Source: Meyerozyma guilliermondii (taxonomy: Eukaryota). From it: a stretch of DNA of 64,000 bases. The notes below the pieces were generated by a model. That model saw only the letters and a program-made list of their open reading frames with translations. It did not search any database and was not told the origin of the DNA. The stretch lies in contig CP128821.1 in NCBI GenBank assembly GCA_051546255.1, positions 1-64,000 of the forward strand. The letters are read 5' to 3'. Positions 21,748 through 31,632 of this stretch are shown piece after piece (position 1 is the first letter of the stretch; every line of letters starts with the position of its first letter). The position numbers and the translations under genes were made by a program.

Positions 21748-23370
21748 ATGACAGACGAAAAAACCAATGTCAGAGTTCCTGGTACCATCCACTTGGTTGA
21801 CCTTGAAGGTACTATGGACGTGAGACACGAAGAAGGAGATGATATTGTCCTTGTTCCTCAACCCACAGACGACCCTGAAGACCCATTGAATTGGAGCAAG
21901 TGGAGAAAAAAGAGATTGGCACTTTGTTTGATGTTGGCGGTGTTTTCCGCCGATATTTTAAGCACAGCCTTGTCGGCGGTGCTCTTGGATATTGTGGCTG
22001 ACACAGGTATATCTTTGGGAGATTTGAACACTGGAGTTGGTATCCAATATTTGTTCTTTGGATGGTCGTGTTTGTTGTGGCAGCCCTTGGGTCTAACATT
22101 TGGAAGAAGACCAGTTATAATTTTTTGTGGTTTGGCATGTATGCTTTGTACCGTTTGGTCAGCCTATGTCAAGTCTGCCGGCGAATGGTATGTCAACAGG
22201 TTGTTGGTTGGGTTTTTCTATGGTCCAGTTGAAACTTTGGTTGAAGTTTGTATTTCAGACGTTTTCTTTGCCCACGAAAGAGGAGGCTGGATCGCATGGT
22301 ACTGCTTTACACTTTTCAACATACCTTTCATCTCAGGTATCGTCGCTGGGTTCATTTCCGACAGGTATGGATGGCAGTGGATTCAATTCATTGCATCTAT
22401 AATTGCTTCAGGATGTCTTATCATATTGTTCTTCTGCTTGGAAGAAACAATGTACTATCGTGATCCAAAATTGGAATTGGACGGTGAGGATATTCCTGAA
22501 AGAATTGCCAGCCATGAAGGTTCGACTGACAAGAATAACACAGAAGTGCAAATTGAAAAAGTCGGTAGTACCGATAGTTCTCCGACGAGACCACAAGCCA
22601 AAACCTATGTTCAAAAGTTAAAGATGTGGGGAGCCAGAAATCCAGATCAACCTACTTTATTCTGGCAATCGATGTGGATCCCATTTTACCTTTTGCGGTA
22701 CCCAAGTATTGTGTTTGCTGGGTTTACAGTAGGTGCTGTGTTATCGTGGTTTAACGTTGTCAATGCTACCATTGCCTCGGTCTTGTCTTCACCTCCTTAC
22801 AATTTTAAAGCCAACATGATTGGAGTTTTCTTTGCTTCACCTGCCATTGGTATTTCGTTTGGATTGTTTTTTGCAGGCAAAATCGTCGATAATTTTACCG
22901 TCAAGATGGCTCGTTCTGGTAAAGGTTACCGTGAACCTGAGTTCCGGTTATGGTTGTCGTTAATTCCTATGGTAATTCATCCATTTGGCTGCTTGTTGTA
23001 TGGAATTGGAGCTGGCCAGGGTATACATTGGGTTGGACTCGCCTTTGGCTTGGGAATGATATGCTCAACATTCCCAATAGGAAGTGCTATTGCTATCAAC
23101 TACATCATTGATTGTTACAAGGATGTAAGTGGAGATGGCTTGGTGACGATGATTTTAATTCGTAACACGATGGGTTTTGGCTTCTCGTATGCGGTGACAC
23201 CCTGGTTACTTGCTGTTGGAACCCAGAATCTTTATATCTCCATTGCGTGCATTGGAGCTTTTTTTTGGGCGCTTTCATTTGTGATGATTATGTTTGGTAA
23301 GAGAATGAGAAGATGGAGTGCTAGCAGCTACTGGAAGTTGGTTGAGACTTATGGCTTTAGAGCACATTGA
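21748..23370 (+). CDS. HOL1-like MFS transporter
   Basis: Motifs VPGTIHLVD, LVPQPTDDPEDPLNWSKWRK, FGRRP, DVFFAHERG, EETMY, REPEFRL and RNTMGFG. Confidence 0.87.
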   Translation: MTDEKTNVRVPGTIHLVDLEGTMDVRHEEGDDIVLVPQPTDDPEDPLNWSKWRKKRLALCLMLAVFSADILSTALSAVLLDIVADTGISLGDLNTGVGIQYLFFGWSCLLWQPLGLTFGRRPVIIFCGLACMLCTVWSAYVKSAGEWYVNRLLVGFFYGPVETLVEVCISDVFFAHERGGWIAWYCFTLFNIPFISGIVAGFISDRYGWQWIQFIASIIASGCLIILFFCLEETMYYRDPKLELDGEDIPERIASHEGSTDKNNTEVQIEKVGSTDSSPTRPQAKTYVQKLKMWGARNPDQPTLFWQSMWIPFYLLRYPSIVFAGFTVGAVLSWFNVVNATIASVLSSPPYNFKANMIGVFFASPAIGISFGLFFAGKIVDNFTVKMARSGKGYREPEFRLWLSLIPMVIHPFGCLLYGIGAGQGIHWVGLAFGLGMICSTFPIGSAIAINYIIDCYKDVSGDGLVTMILIRNTMGFGFSYAVTPWLLAVGTQNLYISIACIGAFFWALSFVMIMFGKRMRRWSASSYWKLVETYGFRAH

Positions 23371-23741
23371 CTTTGGGTTTATTTAATTTGATATTGATTC
23401 TATTTCGTTATTTAGTCTTTGAAAGACGTTATGTGTTAGTTTCTGCAACTTTGATATGGCAATATTCAAGAGCTGAAGTGACAGTTCTGTCGGCTACTAA
23501 TGAAGTAAGCCAGCCTCGTTGACCATGAACAACAAATTTTATCGCTTAATAAGATTCTTTTGATTGGCGAATATTTTAATGCATGTGTCAAACACGCATT
23601 TGCAGATTTGGTGAAAGTGATAAGTGATAAGACTTTGATCAAGTACTACTCACTGGAAGACTCCTAAATACAAATCAAACTAGTAGAAACCCCAAACTCC
23701 TTTAGGGTGATCTTCTTCTTGGTAATATACCTCATTGGGTC

Positions 23742-24078
23742 GCAGATACGGTGCGGCGCGGTGCATTGACAGCACTAAAATTATGGGCTCGCAACCAGCT
23801 CGTTAAGAACAAATCCGATTGTTAATGCGAATGGTTCACTCAAAATCAAATATTTGATGATGCGGCAGCTCACATACTACTCTGATACTATCTGAGTAGC
23901 ATGGTCTTCAAACAGCACAAATTCTTATACTTCAGAAAATAGATGGCATATTTGTCTGATCGATCTGATAGCAATTGCGAACTCGGGCAGGTGCGTGTGG
24001 CTTAAATTATGCAGCATTGAAAAAGTTCTGCAATGCCGATCATAAAAGGAGAAAATTCTTCTTTTTCGCTGCAAAATG
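23742..24078 (+). repeat. Siderophore-transporter promoter, copy A of an inverted duplication
   Basis: Shares exact blocks with the reverse complement of 28843-29158, e.g. cggtgcggcgcggtgcattgacagc, ctaaaattatgggctcgcaaccag and ttgtctgatcgatctgatagc. Confidence 0.9.
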
Positions 24079-25857
24079 TCTTCTAGAGACTCTCAAGAAG
24101 ACCAAGTAAAACTACCAGACAATGAGGAAAATCTGGTACCAGTGCAAAAGCACAACTTTAAACTGATTGGGGCATTGAAGTCCGAATTGATGATTAGCCA
24201 GTACCTGGAAGTCGTTCCCAAAATAGCCGTTTTATTCAGTAGTTTTCTCATTGGCTTCTCTTATATGCTTGATGGAAATGTTAGAAGTTCATTCACAGGT
24301 TACGCTACGGGGTCTTATGGACATCACTCGTTATTATCCACCATCAACGTAGTCACTACTATCATTGCAGCTGCTGGACAAGTGGTTTATGCTCGGTTGA
24401 CAGACACCTTTGGACGTGCAGAGATGTATGTCATTTCCATTATTCTTTACGTTGTTGGAACCATAATTCAGTCTCAAGCTACCAACGTTGCCAGGTTCGC
24501 TACCGGTGCTGTTTTTTATCAATTGGGATATGTGGGTGTGGTATTGATCTTATTGGTGATGTTATCTGATTTTTCTTCCATGAGACTGAGATTGTTTTTC
24601 ATGCTTTGTCCAACTTTTGGCTACATTATCGTCACCTGGGTCTCGGGAAATATTCTCAATGCTGTAGGACCCGTCCAGCACTGGAGTTGGGGTATTGGAA
24701 TGTGGGCTTTTATCTTTCCGTTGGCTAACATACCCTTCTTGCTTTGTCTTGGACACATGTGGTATAAGGCTAGAAAGTTGCCAGAGTGGAAAGAGTTAAA
24801 AGGAACAAGAAGTAGAATTATTAGAGAGCAAGGAATTGGAAGCTTTCTTGTTCAAATGTTCTGGGAGCTCGATCTTGTGGGAGCTCTCCTTCTCGCAGTA
24901 ACTTTGGGTTGCATTTTAGTACCTTTGACTTTGGCAGGTGGTGTTAAAACTGAATGGCAGAAGGCTCATATAATTGTTCCTATCGTTATTGGTGGTGTTC
25001 TTATTCCAGTATTTCTTGCGTGGGAAGCGTATGTTGCCAGATACCCATTGGCACCCATGGTGTTTTTCCTGAGCAGAGGTATATGGTGCCCATTGGCTAT
25101 TAGTTTCACTTTCATGTTTGTTGATATGCTCATATCCGAGTACTTGTACACCATCTTGATTGTTGCAGTGAACGATACCGTCACTTCGGGCCAAAGAATC
25201 ATTACACTTTCGTCATTTACCTCTGAAATCGTTGGTTTCTTCTATGGTCTCCTCATCATTTATGTCAGAAGACTCAAACCCGGTTTGATTTTTGGCACAT
25301 CTATGTGGTTGGTTGCGCTTGGATTAATGTACCATTTTAGAGGTGGAACTTCTTCAAAACCGGGTATTATCGGTGCCGAAGTAGTTCTAGGCTTTGGAAC
25401 TGCGTTCTTCTCGTACCCAATCACCGTGGTTATGCAAAGCCATTTGAGCCATGATTATATGGCGGTGGTGACTGGAATGGGTTTGACGTTGTACCGTATT
25501 GGAGGTGCAGTTGGGTCTGCCGTGGGTGGTGCTATTTGGTCCCAGTTACTTTATAAACGACTTGCGAAGAAGCTTCTGCCCGAAGTTGCTTCGGCGGCAT
25601 TCAGTGATCCATTTACTTGGATTCTAACTTATACCTGGGACACCCCAGAAAGACAATGGGCAGTTCAAGAGTATCGGTATGTCCAAAGAATATTGATCAC
25701 GGTGGGACTTGTGTTCACGGCGCCTTTGATCTTGTTTGCAGTATTCACAAAGGAAAGAAGACTTTCGAATGAAATCACCGTCGACCAAGAATCGAACCCA
25801 GACGAGAACGATAAGGATTTCGATGTGATTGCATTCTTTAAAAGGAAAACCAAATAA
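24076..25857 (+). CDS. SIT1: Siderophore-iron transporter (ARN/SIT1 family MFS)
   Basis: Motifs YATGSYGHHSLLST, YARLTDTFGRAE, WSWGIGMWAFIFP, LVPLTLAGG, IGGAVGSAVGGAIW and YTWDTPER. GATA sites in the promoter (23619-23631, 23963-23971). Confidence 0.88.
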   Translation: MSSRDSQEDQVKLPDNEENLVPVQKHNFKLIGALKSELMISQYLEVVPKIAVLFSSFLIGFSYMLDGNVRSSFTGYATGSYGHHSLLSTINVVTTIIAAAGQVVYARLTDTFGRAEMYVISIILYVVGTIIQSQATNVARFATGAVFYQLGYVGVVLILLVMLSDFSSMRLRLFFMLCPTFGYIIVTWVSGNILNAVGPVQHWSWGIGMWAFIFPLANIPFLLCLGHMWYKARKLPEWKELKGTRSRIIREQGIGSFLVQMFWELDLVGALLLAVTLGCILVPLTLAGGVKTEWQKAHIIVPIVIGGVLIPVFLAWEAYVARYPLAPMVFFLSRGIWCPLAISFTFMFVDMLISEYLYTILIVAVNDTVTSGQRIITLSSFTSEIVGFFYGLLIIYVRRLKPGLIFGTSMWLVALGLMYHFRGGTSSKPGIIGAEVVLGFGTAFFSYPITVVMQSHLSHDYMAVVTGMGLTLYRIGGAVGSAVGGAIWSQLLYKRLAKKLLPEVASAAFSDPFTWILTYTWDTPERQWAVQEYRYVQRILITVGLVFTAPLILFAVFTKERRLSNEITVDQESNPDENDKDFDVIAFFKRKTK

Positions 25858-25950
25858 TAATTTTCAGTGAACAACGATAGTGAATTAGCCATATATTTGT
25901 TAGTCATATCGTCATAGTTTGTTTAATATGATATCCGTGTAAGGTGCTTG

Positions 25951-27558
25951 TCAGAAACCTGCGAATTTGGATCTGCCTCTTAGTTTTGGTCCATTAATGT
26001 AAAATAAAATAGGAATGCATATCATCGCTGCCGTGAGAAACCCTAGAATTGAAGCACCCCAACCAACTGGAAAATTGGCAGTCCTGAGGTTATCGAACAT
26101 AAATGTTCCAAAGAGAGGAGCAACCCCAGCCATCAAGCTTCTCGATAAGGCATTGCTTGCAAACGCTGAGGCTACATAACGAGGAAAAGAGGTTGCTAGG
26201 TAGTTGAAAAGGGTCTGAAACACAATGAATGTTCCATGAGAGAAAATAAATCCTCCAATTATGGGAACCATCCAATGAACAGATTTCTTTGATGTCCAAG
26301 CAAATATGAAAACTCCCGTGGGAATCCAGATACTGCCATATATTGCCGCTGGCATGAACACTTCTGGAGTTATTGTTGCTTTCTTCTCACCCAAATGTCT
26401 CTTGGTGTAGACATGGTAAATGATAACTATGAAGATGGTAGCACCCAGAAGAACGCCAACCAAGACTCCCAAATATGAAGTTCCCAACTCAACCAATGTG
26501 AAGTGATACAAGTTCTCAAAAACAAGGGGAAATGCAGTGAACCACAAGAACATTATAGTATACAAAAGCGAGGTGTACAAGTTGATTAGTAACACCATTG
26601 GCTCAGAGATCGAAAGGATGATGGGACGCCAGAGTGTAGTTTTTGCTGCCTGAACGAAACTTGTTGGAGGATGGTCGAGTTCATATTGAGTGACAAGATT
26701 TTTGTTTCCAGTGACGGCACGAAGTCGTTGAGCTTTGCGGTGCATAATAGTAGGGGCATAAGTTTCTGGCAAAAAGAAGCTGCAAACAACAAAGCTTACC
26801 ATACCAACTATAGCTTGAAATCTGAAGCACCATTCCCAAGATTGTGAAGCATCAGTTAAAGCAGCGCCTATAACCGGTCCAATACAAGGTCCCGCGATAG
26901 AAGCGGCACTCCATGCTACAATAGCCATAGGCAAGTAAGGAAGTTTCATGATATCTCCACATGTGGCGCTGCCTACCGCTAGCGCAGGACTAGCCAGTAC
27001 TCCGGTAAAAAATCGTAGCACTGCTAACGCCGGAAACGAGCGAGTTCCAGCACCCCAAGATTGGGGAATCTGTAGAATGAAATAAATGAAATGGGACACA
27101 ATGAATATGGGTGCTCTTCCTATACTGGGGTTTTCTGACATTGGAGCTAGTACCATAGGTCCCACAGCAAAACCAATGACGTAAAGTGCCAATGGTAATT
27201 CTGCCAAGGTATGAGATGTGTTCAAATCTTCCATCAAAAACGCAATTGAAGGGCTGTAAAGTGACGAGCCCATGACTGAAGTCATGGTCAAGAAAGCCAC
27301 TTGGGCAGAAACCAAAAACTTGTCAGCCTTTGACCAATTTTTAGGATTGTCAGGGTCAGATGGTCCTTCCCATTCAACAACTATAAACTGTTCCAGCAGG
27401 ACCAGTTGATTTGATATTGAACTTTCATCGGAAACTTTCGAATATTTCCGAGGAATGACGTATGTAGGGTCTTCTTCTCGACGGGGAAGCATTCGTCGCC
27501 CAGAAAGGTGATAAATGGCCAAACTGCCAAGACTATTTTTGAAGAGAGACAGAACCAT
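25951..27558 (-). CDS. DHA1-family multidrug MFS transporter (FLR1/MDR1-like)
   Basis: Motifs VEWEGPSDPDNPKNWS, GPMVLAPMSE, IGRAPI, LPETYAPTI, EPMV and YVASAFASN. Confidence 0.88.
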   Translation of the reverse strand: MVLSLFKNSLGSLAIYHLSGRRMLPRREEDPTYVIPRKYSKVSDESSISNQLVLLEQFIVVEWEGPSDPDNPKNWSKADKFLVSAQVAFLTMTSVMGSSLYSPSIAFLMEDLNTSHTLAELPLALYVIGFAVGPMVLAPMSENPSIGRAPIFIVSHFIYFILQIPQSWGAGTRSFPALAVLRFFTGVLASPALAVGSATCGDIMKLPYLPMAIVAWSAASIAGPCIGPVIGAALTDASQSWEWCFRFQAIVGMVSFVVCSFFLPETYAPTIMHRKAQRLRAVTGNKNLVTQYELDHPPTSFVQAAKTTLWRPIILSISEPMVLLINLYTSLLYTIMFLWFTAFPLVFENLYHFTLVELGTSYLGVLVGVLLGATIFIVIIYHVYTKRHLGEKKATITPEVFMPAAIYGSIWIPTGVFIFAWTSKKSVHWMVPIIGGFIFSHGTFIVFQTLFNYLATSFPRYVASAFASNALSRSLMAGVAPLFGTFMFDNLRTANFPVGWGASILGFLTAAMICIPILFYINGPKLRGRSKFAGF

Positions 27559-27662
27559 AGGACAACGCAGTGGTCAATTCAATGGTCAATGCAATGGTTT
27601 CAGCTCCCACTAGACTATATCATGGGTTAAGGGAACATATCCGTTTACCCGGGAACGACTAA

Positions 27663-27703
27663 TTAGTAATACGGCTGATGAATAAACGAGAAGAAGTTAG
27701 TCA
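27663..27703. promoter_or_regulatory. Yap1/Cap1-type response elements upstream of the DHA1 gene
   Basis: TTAGTAA at 27663-27669 and TTAGTCA at 27697-27703. FLR1/MDR1 homologs are known Yap1/Cap1 targets. Confidence 0.5.
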
Positions 27704-28700
27704 TCATTTTATTTTTCGCAGTCGATTTTTCCATTTTTGACATAATGTCGCAAAATTGCGTATTTTTAGAATTTTGCATTTAACGGTCAATGCAAATGGG
27801 AACAGTAAACGATATTCATACAACAACAAAAAGTTGACGAAAAAGTTTGTGGAACGAGAATATTGGTTTTAAATCGAGTGTTGGTGCTTTTGTTTTTGAA
27901 TCTCCTTATTCGTTTCAAAAGCCACAATCCACGAATACTAATTCTTCACGCTCAATTTTAAACCATTCGTCATTTATTTTCACCATTCCTAAAATTTGAC
28001 TTTTGAAACGTTCAACTTTCACGAATTTACGATCATCAAGCTAATAAATTCAAAGCTGTCATTGAGTGGACGAATAGGTTCATAGCCCATCAATATCGAG
28101 ACACTTGAAAGCCTGTACTATAATTCGATCTCTTTGCAGAAACAGCTTGTACCAATTTCTCTCTTTTGTCGAATTGTGGGTCCCATACATTCATTAGCGA
28201 GCCTTTGATCTAAGCTTGATTTTAAATGTTGACGCAGGTACACGCAATCAGATCTTGGTTGCATTTAGCAAGGCTGAAGTTAGAAAGGTATTTTTTATTC
28301 AAATTATCAATACTCACGATTTCCACGTATTAAGAGAGATCATGTAGGGTGTTAGACTACAGCGAGATGTAGTAGATTGAATTCGCAGTTACAATGATGG
28401 ATTCAAGTTTTACCTTTCGCGGCTAATTTTTCGCAGCCATTAATTGTTGCAAAATGTGGTGCGATCCAGTCGAATTATTAAGTCGATAGAAAGTAGCGTT
28501 ACATTGAAGAAACTACTTACAGCAAAACGCCAAAGATCTTCCTACATTTTCATTTTTATGTCCCCTTCCTTTAAGCCTCACTATCAAACACAAGCTTCAA
28601 GCAATTATACCAGTTGAATCCAAGAACCTTCTTGGTCTTTGTTTCCGACCAACCCTTTCTCGCCGCAACAGCTAGCTCTTTACGCAAGGTCCCGAAAAAT

Positions 28701-29158
28701 TCTCAAGTACCCTGACTGATCTTCAATTCCACTACCAAAGCTTTCATATTTGACTTCTGCCTTGTAGTCTTCACTATAATTCCACAATCCGCCGAGTTGT
28801 GCCTGGTGAATTTAGTCGAATTTCGATAGTTCCAAGCTCAGGCATTCTGCAGCGGAGAATTTTCTCGTTTCATGATTGGCATTGCAGAACTTTTTGATGC
28901 TGCATAATTTAAGCCACCCGGCCCGAGTTCGCATTGGCCCGAGTTCGCGGCTATCAGATCGATCAGACAAGGATGCCATCTATTTTTTAAATTATAAAAA
29001 TCTATACTGTTTGAAGACCATGATTGTCGGCTAGTGTTAACTGTGTGCGAGCTGCTGTTTCGTCAGAATTGTTTTTCATTACAAGTCAGACTTGTACTTA
29101 ACTTCTGGTTGCGAGCCCATAATTTTAGCTGTCAATGCACCGCGCCGCACCGATCTGC
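28701..29158 (-). pseudogene. Inverted copy B of the SIT1 promoter plus start codon and a decayed trace of 5' coding sequence
   Basis: Homology runs to cgctgcagaATG (ATG at 28845; copy A has cgctgcaaaATG). The ORF stops after 23 codons. gaattgaagatcagtcagggtacttgaga (rc 28701-28729) resembles SIT1 gaattgatgattagccagtacctggaa (24184-24210). Confidence 0.75.
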
Positions 29159-29709
29159 AATTCAAGTAGGGATCTGTCTTGCCAAGATGTTCTCCCCAGT
29201 GAATTGTGTGGTTTTTCCTGGTTTGTTTCGTTTTTAAAAGTCTCCCAAATGTGGTAATTGATGAAAGTTTTTTCCTTCCACCAAAGTTGCAAATGCGAGT
29301 TTGACACATGCATAAAAATATTCGCCAAAAAGAACCTTTGTATGCGATGCGAAAGAATCCATGCAGTCAAAGAGTCTATGGCCAATATCTGTCTCTGCTT
29401 ACTTCATTAGTAGCTGACAGGATCGTTTCTGTGCGAAAACCTCACTTCAGTTCTCACAGTCATATGCCAAACTTGCAGAAATATATGTATACGGCTCCAG
29501 CTCAATTTTCGACCTAGTATCCTTCCGTCCATTTTTATTTCCTGACGTCATACGCAAACAACTATGGATTTGGCCATTATGTGGCTAAATTAAGCATGTA
29601 GGTCGTCGGAAGATTACCGGCTCGATAAATTTTCTTTATATAAAAGATCCACTACTAGCTCGATGGATTTTCTTTGTATAAAAAGTATCTAGGTCATGTC
29701 CAGCTTATC

Positions 29710-31230
29710 ATGAGTAAAGCTATTGATTCTAATCTTGAAAAGAAAGCCAAAATAGTTCCCGTTAATTCGTTTACTGGCGGTTCTTTTGAACTGTTAAGTT
29801 CCCAGAAAGTTAACTGGAGAACAAAGCTCAGAGGCATTATTTGGGACTCTCTTGACAAAAGTCCCGAGGAAAGACAGTTTATATTCAAGATGGACTGTTG
29901 GGTGATGTCGTACATCTGTGTTGCCCACTTTGTCAAATATTTGGATTCTATGAATGTGTCCAATGCTTATGTTTCGGGAATGAAAGAAGAACTTCATTTT
30001 GGAGGATTGCAGTACAACTATTTATCCACATGGTACTACATTGGCTACATTATCGGCCATGTTCCTTCTCAGGTTGCTATCAGTTATATTCGGCCGTCCA
30101 TCTGGTTACCTGCAAATGAATTAATGTATGGTGCCTTTGTCATGGGAATGGCAGGAGCTAAAAACGTCAAAACAATGTATGCATTGAGGTTCTTTGTTGG
30201 GTTGTTTGAAAGTTCGTCATATGGTGGTATAATGACAATCTTATCGAACTTTTACTTGCCAGATGAATTGGGAAAGAGAACATGTATCTTTCAAACTACC
30301 TCGAGTGCTGCTCAGATGTTCTCGGGATACTTGCAAACGGGGCTCCATAAAGGAATGAATGGTGTTGGAGGACTTGCGGCTTTCCGGTGGCTTTTCATCT
30401 TTGACGGTATTATCACAATACCTGTTGCAATTGTGGGATTTTTCGCCATTCCAGACGAACCTTTGAGCTCAAGGGCATTTTGGCTCAATGAGAAAGACAG
30501 AAGAATTGCAATCGGCCGATTAAAACGAGGGAACAGAAATACCAAACCCAATATGAAGTTCCAAGATTTTTTGGACATGTGTGTGGACTGGCCCATTTAC
30601 CTTTTCACGTTGTGGTTAATTTGCCATGTGCTCGCAGTTAGACTTTACGGATACATGAACCTTTGGTTGAAATCAACCGGCTCCTTTTCCATCTCCCAGA
30701 TCAACAACTTACCTACGGCAGGTTATGGGCTTCAGATCTTCGCAACTTTGTGCTGGGCTTGGCTTTCAGATGCTGTTGGAAACCGGTGGTCTATTATAGC
30801 CCTAGCCTGTACTCCTGCCATAATTGGGTCGATAATTTTGTGGGTTTGGCCAAGCAACCAAAGTGCCTTATTTGCCGGCTGGTACTTGATGTTTGCCGAA
30901 ACCGGCGCAGGCGCCTTGTTCAATACTTGGATGTTAGAGACTTTGGGTACAGCCGCGGAACAAAGGTACTTGATGATAGGCATTGTTGAGACCATTTCGT
31001 TTATATTCACGGCTGCAGTTCCCATTTACTTGTATCCAGCGGAAAAGGCACCCCATTATCCTTATGCCTATCCTATTACTTTCATGTTTTTTACGCTTGA
31101 AGCGATGGTTACCTTGGTGATTGCTTTGATTCAAAGGCTTGAAAGGAAGGGGGTTTTAAGAAACAACCATTTTTTTGTAAATAAGGCCCAGGAAATTTTG
31201 ATTGACGTGGAACAAGTTAGAAAGCATTAG
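29710..31230 (+). CDS. MFS anion:cation symporter (FEN2/LIZ1/SEO1-like vitamin or anion permease)
   Basis: Motifs KMDCWVMSY, KYLD-NAYVSGMKEEL, RPSIWLP, ELGKR and FRWLFIFDG. ATG at 29710. Confidence 0.87.
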   Translation: MSKAIDSNLEKKAKIVPVNSFTGGSFELLSSQKVNWRTKLRGIIWDSLDKSPEERQFIFKMDCWVMSYICVAHFVKYLDSMNVSNAYVSGMKEELHFGGLQYNYLSTWYYIGYIIGHVPSQVAISYIRPSIWLPANELMYGAFVMGMAGAKNVKTMYALRFFVGLFESSSYGGIMTILSNFYLPDELGKRTCIFQTTSSAAQMFSGYLQTGLHKGMNGVGGLAAFRWLFIFDGIITIPVAIVGFFAIPDEPLSSRAFWLNEKDRRIAIGRLKRGNRNTKPNMKFQDFLDMCVDWPIYLFTLWLICHVLAVRLYGYMNLWLKSTGSFSISQINNLPTAGYGLQIFATLCWAWLSDAVGNRWSIIALACTPAIIGSIILWVWPSNQSALFAGWYLMFAETGAGALFNTWMLETLGTAAEQRYLMIGIVETISFIFTAAVPIYLYPAEKAPHYPYAYPITFMFFTLEAMVTLVIALIQRLERKGVLRNNHFFVNKAQEILIDVEQVRKH

Positions 31231-31632
31231 AAGCCTAACATTGAATTGATGTGGCTAGTTGGAAGGCCATGGTTCAACTCGAGGTATACAATCGGTTCTT
31301 AGTGTAATAAGTTGAACCAAGACTCGAAACTGGGGGCGATCAATAATTGAAAGAAAACAATCAATTGTTTCACTAATGAGTTATTAGTGGACTTTACTAA
31401 TGAATTGATAAACTTTAGGAAGCATATATCCTCTAGGATCCGTTTGGTTACCTTGAAATAATCATAATAGTTGATTTTCGATTTGAGCAATGTCTGAGAA
31501 ATATCTGAGTTCAAGTTTCGTTTCGCACTAATTCACTTGAGTTCACATGCCCCACATTTCGCATTCAAATTCACATTCAAATTCTAATTGAATTCACATT
31601 CGCATTCGCGCCACTTTACGATCTTCCTTACA

